A stretch of 64,000 nucleotides of DNA. Source: the human T2T-CHM13v2.0 reference genome, Homo sapiens. Position numbers and translations under genes: made by a program. Positions 40,204-54,149 of this stretch are shown in pieces. Position 1 is the first letter of the stretch; every line of letters begins with the position of its first letter. The DNA lies in the NCBI GenBank assembly GCA_009914755.4, contig CP068257.2, positions 19,808,001 to 19,872,000 of the forward strand. The letters are read 5' to 3'. The notes below the pieces were generated by a model, which was not told where the DNA came from, did not search any database, and was given only the letters and a program-made list of their open reading frames with translations.

Positions 40204-42528
40204 TTACTGTTACTGAATCCGGATTGCTAAGGCCTCATAGAAAGTCATATCAGAAACAAACCATAAATTAAGAATTGTTTGATTTAGATCTAGGTTTTGT
40301 GAGGCAATTTTAAAGGCTGTGATGATGGGGAATTTGAGAACCTTTCAGATCTTATAGAGTTAACATTATATATTTGCAAAATATGAAAAAAGATCATATA
40401 ATTTTATAACATTTTATTTTTCATTTTAAAATGAAATATAAATTCAAACATATTAGAAATAAGTTATCTGTAATAAACTAGCACATCTTAAGTCTTTTCA
40501 TTTAAGTTAGAGAAGATATAGAGTTTAAAGGTTAAAGTGGTTTTAATTTATTTTTATATTTCATGCATTGTAGACTGTCAAAATAAGTTTTCTGGAATTT
40601 TGAATTTAAAAACCCATTACTTATGTATATTAGATATATTTAACTTTTTGTAAACAATAGGGTAAGTCTAGAGAACATTTATTTGTTGGACTAAAGCACT
40701 ATTTTTTCGTTTTTTATCAACCTACTCCCTTTACATTCATATAAAATATTACATTGATAACAATAATTTTTCTTGTAAGTATGCTAGTGGATACTACATT
40801 TCTTCTTAGTTTATAATTATTAAAAAATAATTTTGTAATTAATATTTTTCATTTTTTCTTATTAAAGATGTACTTATTTTGAAAGATATGTATTTTGATT
40901 TATTTAAAATGGAGTTTCCATAATCAATCGTGTTCCTTTTCAGAATATTCATGCAGCATAACTCCATCTTATTTTATTTTATAAGAAACAAGAATATTGG
41001 GAAACTATAGCAGATTAATTGTTATAAAATGACTACCAAACTATGGATTTCAAGGCTGATAGCATGGCATTTATTGATTTGTTCTGTAATCTTAATGACT
41101 AAAAATACTACTAAACTTCTGGACTGGATATAATCTAATGTTTAAAAAAATCCTTGGAAATAAATAAACTTACTTTGAAAAACATTTTCACCATTTCTTT
41201 TGGCCTGCCACATGTTTGATAACATTTATATTTAACCAAAAAAGACGTTAGTATCTTTCAGTAACTGCTTCCTTCTTTTCCTGAAGACATGTCTAATTTT
41301 AATATTGACTATCAATATAATTTGATGACAATAATTCTGTTCAACATTTTTTATATTCAATGATAAAATAATTCTGCCCTCTGGGAACATGTAATGCATA
41401 CATAATACATACAAAATAGTTGTTTAGATTTAACAAGCTAAAAAAAATAATATAAATCACCACAAAAAATATTGCTAAAATATTTCAGTTACTTTGTATT
41501 TTCATGGGCTTTTAATTTGTACTTCCAATGAACTATACAGTAAAATTATTTTGATCACCTCAACTCTAGTTTCAAGCAACACTAATAAATCCTTCATCAC
41601 TAGATAATTCAACATGAACAGAAAACAACTTTCAAACACATGGCAAATATGAAAATATTATTTTAGGATTACATTTATGGTTGTTTTAGAACATAAGTTT
41701 AAAAATTCTAAAACAATGGTGAAATAGAAGTCCAATTACCTGGGGAAACTTCATCTTAACCCTCTGGAATTTTCAGTCTAACCTAAATATTGATACTACA
41801 CCTGCAGCAGCATTTAGTTTAGCATGTAGTGAAAAAGTAAGTCTAAAAAATATTTTCATAATCTTTGGTTCCTAAAATTGTTTTAAAAGAGATGCAGTGA
41901 CATATGTCTGGAGTTTGCTTATGGCCAATAGGTTAATGCTTCTAGCTTCTATGCTTATTGCAAATTTTAATTATGTGAATATGCAATTTTCACTTATATT
42001 TGTTGGTAGCTTGTTTATTATTAAAATAGAATGGCTTTTATTAAATATATCCTAAGAAATTACGGTAGAAAAAATTACCATCAAACATTGTGGGATATAT
42101 TGAGATCATATTAAAAGTAGCACTGTGAATTCACCAATAGCACAGTGAAATGACTGGTGACTTTTCCCTTGTAATTTACATTTTCAACTTATAAATGAAA
42201 GATATTCACATGTAAGGGATCAGTGACAGAATTAATTTCTGAGTAATGCAGAATAAACATCAATATTGACCTTTGTATGTTTTTAATATGTGACAATACA
42301 TAGAAATGTTTTATACAAGATTTTAGCCATTCTTGTTTTGTATGAAAGTATTTTTTGTAGGTTTGCATTAATTGTTAATGACTTTGTGTAAATCTTGCAT
42401 TAATTATTCTTTTTTCTTTCCTACTGTCACGTTTTTTCTCTTTTGATTTCCTCGTTTGTAACTCTACCCTTTATTTTCTTAATTATTTCATTCTTATTCT
42501 ATTTTCAAAAACAATTTTCATCATGCAG

Positions 42529-42635
42529 ATAAATGCTGTGAAGCGAATAAAGGCGAAAATGGAAGCCAGTCGTGGCAGCTGAATGCTGCTGGGTTTTCTT
42601 TCATTATAGCCATAAGTTTGTCTTGCGTGTTTTAA
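42529..42635 (+). CDS. NCAM2: Candidate alternative 3'-terminal coding exon: GPI-anchor attachment signal for a GPI-linked NCAM2 isoform. Encodes (D)KCCEANKGENGSQSWQLNAAGFSFIIAISLSCVF followed by a stop.
   Basis: An 80-nt polypyrimidine tract ends in catgcAG at 42527-42528. Only the phase-1 frame stays open, which is exactly the phase left by the exon ending at 35545 (g+at=Asp). The peptide has a small-residue omega region (N-G-S-Q-S), a roughly 9-residue spacer, a 13-residue hydrophobic tail and then TAA at 42633-42635. Four CpGs fall in 107 nt although the surrounding intron is CpG-depleted. Its position after fibronectin-III domain 2 matches the NCAM1 GPI exon (exon 15). Confidence 0.6.
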
Positions 42636-42718
42636 TGTCATTGTTATATCATATGGTATATCCTCTTATGCCCTGAAAATTAAAAAAAAATAGTAATAGC
42701 AAGGCTTATCTAAAATTA

Positions 42719-42724
42719 TAATAA
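42719..42724 (+). promoter_or_regulatory. Candidate polyadenylation signal AATAAA for the GPI-exon transcript. An ATTAAA variant lies at 42678-42683.
   Basis: The hexamer lies 84 nt downstream of the TAA stop of the candidate terminal exon, in an A/T-rich context. Confidence 0.35.
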
Positions 42725-44091
42725 AATATTTCCTAAGGTCCAATTAATTATGCATGTATCTTCACCCATGAATGATTAAGCTTTTTCTCCTTCCCCCAAT
42801 TATCAACCTTTTAAGTGGATAATTTGTCAGAAAATCAAATGAAGGAAATTCAATCGGGATTGCTACTTTCAGCTACCAGTTCACTGCATAACATACTTTA
42901 TTCTAAATTTTCCATTAATTCCTAAAGTTGACCTTGTTAAATAGCATGTCACTTGTACTTGAAACTTAAGCCTTTGCTACATCTAATCTTTCATTATTAT
43001 TTTGCAAATAATTAAATATCCATGGCCATACTTTTTAAAAATCATAATTTTATTATGTAGAATTGTGGATCACTACTATTGTTTTTTTTACTGTTACTTT
43101 TAAGTATAAGTTTCCAACTTTATGAACATTTCTAATATTTCAATGTGTTTACCATTTATATAAAACATAAGCATTATATTTTATTAGATGTGTATCCCAA
43201 TTGTGCTGCTTATTTTCCCTTTGTTGAACCAAAATGTCTTAAGGAATAAATGTGAAACAGTTTCCTATTTTAAATTTGAACACCGATTAATTTTTTTCAT
43301 TAAGTGAAAATATCTCTGCAATTTTCCCAGAATGAATGTTAAATTAAATTTGTATATGTCTAAAAAGTTACACCCAATTCACTGGATTTAGATTACATTT
43401 TGAGCTGACCTCAAGTCCTATTGTTCTAACATAAGTAGTTATTTATTACATTTTTCTGGACATCTGGTAGTCAGAATTCTTGCAAGCATTAGAGAGAGAG
43501 AAGAAAATATTATAGACACTCCTTTAAAGAAGTTGAAATCAAGATGGGAAGAAATTGAGATTGGAACTAGATTCCAAATTTCAAAGGAATTTCGATTTGA
43601 GGGAGTAGCATGAAGAATGATTTTTGGTCTTTGCAAATTTTCATTATGTGAATATGCAATTTTCACTTAAGTAATCTTTACCTAAGTAATTTCAAAACAA
43701 GTAAAGAGTGTTTGTGTTTTTCACTTGCAACCACATCTTAACAAGTGACTTTTACTACTTATTTATTTAGGACAATAGGAAACAACCAGATGTACATATA
43801 TGCATAAAAGTGACCATAACATACTTGGTAAATCAAATGATTGGGTTCTGGACTCTGTGATTCATTCATCAAAAGCTATCATTTTGTTGAACAGAAATAT
43901 TTTTCGTGTCTCTTTTTAAAGAGATAGCTACAGAATCTTTTCATATGAGGGCTAGGCCTCTCTTTCATAGTAGATTTTCTTTTAACTTATCTTTTCCAAA
44001 CTCCTAGCTGTCAACTGCTATCCTTTCTTGTAATCTAGTAATAGACCTGTAGACTGCAGAAGCAACCCATCAACCGATAAAACACACTTCT

Positions 44092-44479
<388 letters not shown>

Positions 44480-47064
44480 TTATAGGGCAAGTTTTGTTTT
44501 TAAATCACCATAACCAATATTCCGTTTATTAAATAACTATCATTGCATATTAAATTTCTCGATATTTGAGACTGAAGAGTTTATATTGGTTACTAATTTG
44601 TAGAAGGCGTTGATAAAAAGATTTCTAGTAACACCTCCAGAAACTGTTTTTTACATTCATTGTAACCTTACTTGATCTTTCCAATAAATTAGAGACATTT
44701 CTGTGAGAATTTCATGTAGAAATGATCTTGACTTAGGAATGACAAAATATTTTTTTGGAGATCACGGAATACTTATTTAGTAAGTTAGTGCAAAGTTTAT
44801 TTATCTTGAAGTTTTACATATCATAACTCAAGGTCACTAAGTGATATAAAGAACATTCAAAGTGAGGTATACACAGAAATAAGATACATCAATTTGGCAT
44901 TTTGAAAAGAACCTAATATTAAAATTATGTTAGCAGAGTTATATACATTTAAAGAGTTGTTTGTTAGATTTTAAGCATCTAAGTGTGGATCTAGTTTTAG
45001 TCCTAAACTTTATAAGCAGTCTGTCATTTGGCCAAATGTTTATTCTTACATGAACACCTATTTCACAACTCTGAGATACACATAAATTCTTTTAAAAATA
45101 TTCTCAGAGATGGTAAAATAATAGGCTTTGTGATCTGCCTTATTTCTCTAAGAAATTAAAAAGTACAAAACTAAACAATAAAGCTATTGCATTCCAATAA
45201 ATAAAACCTTAGACATTTTACATCCTAGGATTTTTTAAAAGTTTTAATGTGTTGCTGAGTTATCTTTTATATTATCTGAACAATACTGTTGTTATATGCA
45301 GCCATAAAAATCAGACAGTTTACTTGTTTATTTTAAAAATGAGTTTGTTACTTTTTTGGCTTTACTATTATTTCATCTGTCTACCCATCTAAGTAAATGT
45401 GATTACTGGTAAGCAAGACATAAAAATTTAAACTTATTTTAAGTATCTTCCTAGTACCATCCAATGATTTTTTTTTCATACAATGGAGTTTTACATAAAA
45501 TTCTGTCTCTGAAGATGTATAAATTTGAGCTTGTGTGTTGAGTGTAAGATTAGTCATTATATATAATCAGAAATATATGTCTATGTCCAATGGTGTGTGT
45601 ATTGTATCGTTCACTGTTAAAATATTTCAAAAGATTGTTTTGACCGTATTACCAGTTATGAAGCTAGATTGATTTACTTATGCATGATTGCCATTATCTG
45701 CATGTGGAATATCAGGATTTTTAAAATATAGATCTGGATATCTCCTTCTTTCTCCTCCCAATCTCTTCTAGTCTGTCTTCTTTCCTCCATTTTACAGTCA
45801 ACGTTACTGGCCTCTCTACCCCAATCAAAACTATAATTACTCATCAGTTCACAGTAAGACCCACAAGTACCATGTTTCAGATATGCTAACAGAGTAGGCC
45901 TAGGAGGTAGCAGTAAATTCTTTCCTATAAAATGTATTCTTACGTGGAAAAACCTTAGGTGAGTTGCTATTTTTGTTCATTTCTTTCCTAATACTATAGG
46001 TCATTAGGACGGACTAAGTTTAATTTTATAAACTCTATATTCATATTATTTCCAGAAGCATTTTGCAAATGCACATATATGCCTTCATTCCTGGTATACA
46101 TGAACAAGATTGAAATTAAAATATGTAAACATTTTAAATATGCCTATCTATAGAAGGGGTTAGATTGATGTTTAATATATATGCAATTTTCACTTACATA
46201 TAGCAAATACATATAAAGACAAATAATTTTATTGCAAATAAATTTGACTTTTTAAATATTCAAGTTCTTTTTAAATTAACAAAGTTACAAGTATGCATCC
46301 TAGTGCACATGTTACACACAATAATATGCAATTTGTGTCAATTGGGAAACCATTATAATTAATTATAATATTTTCTGTGTAAGAATACTCATTCATTATG
46401 TTTGAGTTAAATTAAAGCTAAAACAAGAAAAATTCCAAAGTAGTTTCAACCACGTACAATTAAATTTATGATTAGTCATTTATGTTAAATGAAATATATT
46501 GTACAAGAAAGAATTAAACCATGAACTTTTGGATCTGGAGGTATTCTTAGATACATAAAAATAATTTTAAATATTAATATGGTATATTTACCCTGATAAT
46601 GGAGAAATAAAACCTTAAAATTACAAATTATTTTAATAATTCAAGATGGATACTGATATCAATACAATAATACAATATATTTGGGTCTAGCTTTCAAGAC
46701 TAATAGCCAGTATTATGCATGATAACATTTGAGTTTGTAGTAATTAAGAAATATCCCTAGTCATGTAAAGTTTTCTTTAAAGGTTTAAATTTGATATTAA
46801 TATGATATAAGCAACATTAAGAGCTTGAAATGATCAATTCTGGTATTAAACTAAATATTATCACATATATTTTTGTCTGGCCTTGTAGTATTATGATTTC
46901 ACTCACTGAATAAAGATAAACTATAATATTGATCATACCTAAATATGTAACTTTATGTGTTTTATTATGATTAATCTGTGTAAGAGATAATGTAACATCC
47001 TTTAAATGATCTTTTAATAAGTCCAATTTAATTATGTTTTCTTTTTCTATTTTAATTTTTATTT

Positions 47065-47370
47065 ATTTATTTTTTTATTTTCTTGAGACAGACTCTTGCT
47101 CTGTCGCCCAAGCTGGAGTGCAGTGGCCTGATCTCAGCTCACTGGCACCTCCGCCTCCTGTGTACAAGCAACACTCATGCCTCGGCCTGCCTAGTAGCTG
47201 GGTGTGCTACTAGGCGTGCAGCCACCACACCTGGCTAATTTTGTATTTTTAGTAGAGGCAGGGTTTCACCATGTTGGCCAGGCTGGTCTCGAACTCCTGA
47301 ACCCAATTGATCCTCCTGCTTCAGCCTCCCAACATCCTGGAATTACAGGCGTGAGCCATGGTGCCCAGCC
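47065..47370 (-). mobile_element. Alu (AluS-like), antisense, followed by a CT-rich low-complexity tract.
   Basis: It reads ttttttattttcttgagacagactcttgctctgtcgcccaagctggagtgcagtggcctgatctcagctcactggcacctccgcctcc...gtagctgggtgtgctactaggcgtgcagccaccacacctggctaattttgtatttttagtagaggcagggtttcaccatgttggccaggctggtctcgaactcctgaacc...ggaattacaggcgtgagccatggtgcccagcc. Confidence 0.9.
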
Positions 47371-47394
47371 TCATGTTTTCACTTTTTTAAAATT

Positions 47395-47565
47395 TATTTT
47401 CTTTTATCCTTTCTTACTTTCTTCTAATGCTTTATTTTTAATTTTCTCCCTTTTTCTCTATTTCTGTCTCTTCCTCCTTTCTCTTTCTCTCCATTTCTCT
47501 CTTTTGTTCTGTCTCTCTCCCTCTTTCTCTCTTTGTCTCTCTTATGCTTCCTTTCTAAATTTTTG
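47395..47565. repeat. CT-rich polypyrimidine low-complexity tract of about 170 bp, (TCTC/TTTC)n-like.
   Basis: The sequence reads ctttcttactttcttctaatgctttatttttaattttctccctttttctctatttctgtctcttcctcctttctctttctctccatttctctcttttgttctgtctctctccctctttctctctttgtctctctt. Confidence 0.9.
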
Positions 47566-50500
47566 GCCATGAATGAATGGAATATATTTCCTCTATTATG
47601 TTTCTGTTCATTGTTTGTAAATTTTAAAATACTAACCTTTGTGGTATAGAAATATGTCATAAAAGCTTCAGCAAATCTAATATATTGGATAGATAGCTGA
47701 AATCTGCATATTTCAAATAACTGAATATACAGATATTCTACAAATTGTCTTTAAAATGATTACAACTTATGTTGAAATTGGTGACGAGGCATTTCCAAAT
47801 TAATCTCATAAATAGTATTGTTTAATCATTAATATTTGATAGTTAAACATAATATTCAGAATATATTTCCACAGTAAATTTTGGGACTTAACTAAAGAAA
47901 AAAATTAACACTTATTAACTCGTTCTCTTACCAATTACCATATAAATTGGAGTATTATTCTAAAGTTAATATGGTTTGTCTTTTAAATACAAAGTTGTAT
48001 TATTCCTTCTACATGTTATACTTACATAATCCCAATTTTTATCTAAGGAAAACATTCCCTCAGTTTAAATCTAATTTTATTTTTTTCAAAATTAGACAAA
48101 GATGAGAGTTTAATATCCATGCTTTGTTTTCCAAAAACCTTTAGTTTTGTTGTCTAAAATTAAGAACTCAACAAAGATCTCTTGTAATAATTCAACATAT
48201 TCCCTGGCTATTAACTAATTTCCAAGCCTGAACTGTCAGTAAATGTTGCACATAGCCTGGAATAGTCCATAACATCTGTATTAGCTAATATTCTGTAAAA
48301 CTAAAAAAAAACAATATCCAAGAAATGTAAAAAATAATTATGTTTAAGAATTCTATTAGTGTTTCTGAGATGGTCTTAACTGCATTTCATCTCCTTTGTT
48401 GGTAGACTATTATTTCATCTACTTTTTAAGGATACTTTCATCCAAGTAGAATTAAACTTAATTTTAATTGTGAACTAATCTAATATTGGTTGTATTAAAT
48501 TTAGATATATTGAAAGTTCTAAAACTATGTATGCTTAAGTTAAATTCAATTAGTCTTTATCATTTCATTTTAGTTAGTAAAAATATGTTACACACTGTAA
48601 AGAATGCATAATAATGAGACACAACTTCAGTTTAGAAAATATATTTTTATTTTTATTCTATGTATGTACTGAATAGGGGCTACGACATAAATCTAGCTAG
48701 TCTTATTTTTTTTCCTAAAAAGCAAGCAATTACAACTACTGTTTTAAATAGTGTACACAATTCATGTACCCCTTTCAAGAATATTTTTCTCTTACATTTT
48801 CATTGATGTCATGTATAACGCTTCTGTTTTAAAGTACTTCTGATCATTTAATTGCATTCGTTTTCATCATAGCTTGTTTTCTTGAAAAAAAAGTATGCTA
48901 TAAGTGTATTGTCCTCAGTATCATCTTATTTAAAACCCTCAACATAATATCCAGCACTGTGTGTAATCCTATGCGTGTGTTTCATAGTATATTAAATGTC
49001 ATTTTATTTTCTGTACCTCTGTGTCTCCATTGTTGTAATAAAGAAAACTGAGGAAAAGCTTTGTTATACGTGTTTTCTTTATTACTGGTACAGCCTTTTT
49101 TGTCCTTGTCGAGTGTTGTCATATCTAACTTGATCAAATTTAATACAAACATTTATTTACTTAGGAGCAGGTAATAAACTTATACTCATTAAGTTACTCA
49201 ATTTTTGGATAACCCATACATCATCAGCAGATTCATAACAATTGTATATTGTAAAAATAATTTCGTGACAATATCAAATATTGTTACTTCCATTGTAAAC
49301 TTGTTCTAGTGTCTTCATAAAAACATCGATCTCTAGTGGGAGGCCAAAATAATCATATATTTCAATAAAACACATGAACATAGTTAACAATTTCAGTAAT
49401 ATAAAGATTGTTAACTAGTCTCCATTGCTAGCAAAAGTCCATAAAGGAAATATAAACACGTAAAGTGATTTTTCTCCAGTTCCTTTGGTCATTTCTTTTG
49501 TTTTGGGCACCAAATGAATAAAGTTGCAGAAATTGATTAACATTCTGTGCTTATCCACTGCAAAGGTATGAAACACAAATAGTAAGTTGAAATTTTGGAA
49601 TAATACTATAAGTAATATAAAAATTATTTAATTAGCTTTTATAGTGTAAAAATAATTTTTGACATAGATATAAACAGAAAAGTCATATTTTTCTTTTAGA
49701 GCAAAATGTTACATTGCCTGATAAATATGAAATGATGCCAAAATTCAAAAGAGAAAATGTTCATTTTCAGGATTTTGGATTGTTTTGGAGCATATTTAAT
49801 TTCTCTTATTCCATGACAGTCCAGTCCAAAATGTATATTTTAATATATACATTATTATACACCTTTTGAAACATGCTTGTGTATATTTCAAAATGAAAAT
49901 TTTAATGCATTTATAAGTCTTATATATTGTAATACTTATACTTCTTTTAAATGATACAATAGTTATAGTAGTTTGAAACATACACCAGAACAGTTATTTC
50001 TTTTTATTATTTTTGTTTTTATTTTTCCTGAATCCCCTTGATAATAGGATGATATCAAATGGAGGGTATCTTGGAATTCTTAGGAATTTGTATGATTACT
50101 GTTGTAGTAAATATATATTACTTTATTAATTTTTTATTGTTCTACTATTCTGGGCCATTGTGAAGAAACTAAAGAGATTTGAGAAAATCTGAAGCTATTA
50201 TAACCAAACTCTATTATTTTATTATATCAACAAACTGAGGATCAGAAAAACCAAATAGTCATTGATATAGTCAAGCAACTTTGATTCTCAGTTTTCCTCC
50301 TATCTTTGTTGTATTACACTAAATCAAAGTTGGTACAAGTAAATTTCTGACCTATAAGTTATATGGTCATATGTCTTAGGTCTAGTTCCTTTGCTATTTT
50401 CTTGATTGGCCTGTGGAGAACAACAACAAAAAATCCCTATGTGTCAGAGGAAAGGCTATGTGTACAACAACCACGGTTTCATCCATTAATCACAGTATTT

Positions 50501-53500
50501 CTATTAGTCAGCTTTTATCTTTCTCACTCAAACTTTTACATATAGCTGCTTCCCTATGACCAAGGTAAGTAAGCACACATTAAGTTTATGGTTTTAAATG
50601 AATATCAAATTAAATTTTCATCACTTTCTTGTTTTTTACACATATTTTGATAACACCTTACTAAATTACTTATTTGCATTGTTGGTAGAGATAGGTAATT
50701 TTTAATTAATATATTTTTATTTACTGTCCACTAAAAGTAAGATATTTTCATCTCAATATGCATCCTTTTTATTTTAAGAATTCAAAGTAAATAGTTTCAA
50801 CACTTACAATTTGCATAGCAGCTATGTGTTTGCTTCTCTACTGATTTCTTATTTAATATTACAAAGAGAAACAAAATGTTAAAAACAAGTATTCAAGATA
50901 GAGGACTTTATTTTTTCTGTTTAAATGTGGTTAAATAAAAAATAAATTATCTTCAAATTGGCATTTCTGTTTTAAAGAATCCATGAATAACACACCTAAA
51001 TTTTACTATTGTTTCTAGAATATAATTTCACAATAGCTGAATGGGATATACTTGTATGTAATGTGAAGTGCAAACTACCCTTGGCTCTTGAAAAACATCC
51101 TATTTCTTAGTGCATGTTGGCAGAAAACATTAAAATTTGTATGGAATTTTTATATAATAGCCTGTGACTCACGGTCCTGTCAAATGGCTCAGTCGTGAAA
51201 GAAAGTTTAAGTGAACAGGGAAAAATATTTATCTAAAATAGGATGTGGTATGGTTCACTGCTGAATTCTATTACATAAAAACAGGAAGCTAAAACCTTTT
51301 AAAGCATCTATATGTGTTACTCCTCACTTAATATGTGGAGTTTTTTTATTTGTTAAAGGACAGAAAAGTAAAAGTTGTTTTTATAGGAGATAATCAATCT
51401 AGGCATAGTAGCCCTTTCCATGCAGGTAATAGAGATATCACCATTGCATGTTTTCCCTTTTAAATAGACTTTAGTTTTTCAAATACTTTTAGATTTACAC
51501 CAAGATTGAATGGAAACTAAAGAGGGCTCCCATATACCATCTACCCCAGTCAGGCACAACCTTCCTGATAATGAATATCTAACACCCAAGTGGTACCTTT
51601 GTTACACTTGATGAACCCACAGTGGCACATTGTAATCACCCAAAGTTTACAGTTTACATTACGGTGCATACTTGGTGTTGTACATTTTATGGATTTGGAT
51701 AAATTAATAATGACCTGTATCCACCATTTTGGTACCATACATAATAAATTCACTGTCCTAAAAATCCTCTGTGTCCTAAAAATCCTCTCTTCCTCCCTCC
51801 TTTCTCCACTAGTTCCTGGCAATCACTGACCTTTTTACTATTTCCTAGGTTTGCCGTTTCCAGAATGTCACTTGGTCGCAATTTTACATTATGTAGCCTT
51901 TGCAAATTGATTTCTTTCAATTAGCAACATGCATTCAAGGTTTCTACGTGTCTTTTTATAATTTGATAGCTGGTAGCATAAAATGTCTTCAGTCAGATGC
52001 ATTATATAATAATAGACGTTTATAAACCCTACATGCTTAAAATATGTAGTTTTAATAATGTAGAATTGATGTTTTTGTATAACTCTAAGCAGAAATTGAA
52101 ATATCTAAGATAGAATGCAGTGAGTATCTAAAACTGAAAACTTTAAACATCTTAATAAATTACCATAGATTCCAAGAAAAATAATAATACGTATCTTCTG
52201 TGTATTTGCTCACATTTTTCATTTATTCTGTTACATGTTTAGAAAACGCAGAAGTTTTATAAATAGTTAGGAATTTTATATTGGAGAAAATTAAACAGTT
52301 TGGACTTTCGAAAACAAATTATAAAATATGAACTGAAGTATAATCATATAGAGATATGTTTCAATTTTGTAATATAGTCTAGGAAAATAATTTTGTTTGT
52401 ACAATGAAAATATATTTTTCATTTTCTATATATGGAGCAGCCTTTCAATGTTGACAGAAAAATAAAATTGGTCAGGTGGGGGCTTAAACAAAGAACTAAA
52501 AATAAAATTATTCAGTTCTTTTACACTGGCTAATACATATTTGGGTCATATTCATGCAAATCTTTGAAGCTGCCTTTTCTACTAATCAATACAAACACTA
52601 GTTGTTTTATAGCAAACAAACTGCATCCATCAAAGTCAACCAGAAATATAACCAAATTTAAACAGTATTTGGAAAAGTTTAGAGTTAGTAAGATAATAGC
52701 AAACATCAAAAGAAGAGGTTCAACTGGATAGTTAAAGAACACAAAAGATATTTTATATGTGCCAAAATGATCTCAGTTCCAACATACATAATAATGTGAA
52801 ATGTCAGTGTAGATAAGATAATAGATATTTTGTTGTGCAAAGACTTCAGATATTTTATGATTTTTCATGGTTTACAGTTGTACCACATTTATTAAAAGGA
52901 TATTTTAAAATATTTATTTTTAAAATTTTTAGTACTTTGTGATATTTATCACAAAAGAGCTGTTATGTATGAATTTGTTTTTAGCCAATTTTTTTTCAAA
53001 ATAAGCACAGCTCAGTTTCTTTCTTTTTCTTATGTTAAAATCAGTTACTTTAAAGGATAACAAGAATTTGACAAGTTCTCATCAACATTTCTATACAAGC
53101 ATAATAAACTTCTATTTTAGTGGTTCACTTTTTACACAAGATTGTTCTAAAAGGATAGCTAAAACTATAAGAGGGATTGTGTAGATATTTTAAAAAGCAG
53201 GGCGGCCATGGGGGGCTACTTAAAATTCCATTCCAAATAAATATATAGAGAATAGTTATACATAAATATAAACGTATATATTATACAATTTCATAGTATT
53301 TTATCTTATTTAGTTTCTATTTTTAAAATATACCAATAGACTTTAATTATGTAATTTTAATTCAACAACTAATCATATATAAGGGGCTGAGTCTATTTAA
53401 TTCTTCACCTTTTCAATCCAAACATTATCCAAGGAGTTCTCATTCTTATATGGTGTGTGGAAATGGGCATGGAATAGGAGAGAAGGAGAGAGGGAAGACT

Positions 53501-54149
53501 GGACAGACATTTAATAGCCATTACCATAGCCCAGGCCGCCTCTAGCTCTTTCCAAACCATTGTGACGATTCTGCTTCCCTCCAATGACTCCCTACCATCT
53601 TTTGGAAAATGATCACAATTTCTAGTTTGTTTTTGGTGCTGTTTGTCAATTTTGATTTGGTTGATCTATTTATTTGTTACTGAATTCACTTGCAAGCTCC
53701 ATCCTCTTTAACAGCATCCTTCACCACTAAAATTCCAATGCCCACCAATCACCTCTAATATCCATGTATGTTTTCTAATGTCAGAATCACACACAGTTTC
53801 ATACATCTTTTTTTATTCAAGCCATGTTCAGATTAAAATGGACTCCTTACGTCAAATGGGAACCTGATTCTTATTTTCGAAAACCATCTCAAACATTATT
53901 TTCTTTATTATGTTTCCTTGACCATTGGTCACTAATTTATATGCTTCTCCCTCCTATTTGCTAACCTCACATTATTTTTTTTGCCAAGAGGTAAACAATA
54001 AATTACACTGCATATTAATTTCTAAATGATGTATCTTACTCTTCCCAATACATTACCCAGTGTATGTGTGTGTGTATATATATATGAAATATATATATAA
54101 TATATAAAATATATATATGAAAACATGCCCTTTAACAAAGTACAGCACA

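Noticed and set aside
47204-47572. 122-aa + strand ORF.
   Set aside because: It spans an antisense Alu and then the CT-rich low-complexity tract (translation ...FSLFLYFCLFLLSLSLHFSLLFCLSPSFSL). It is a compositional artefact.
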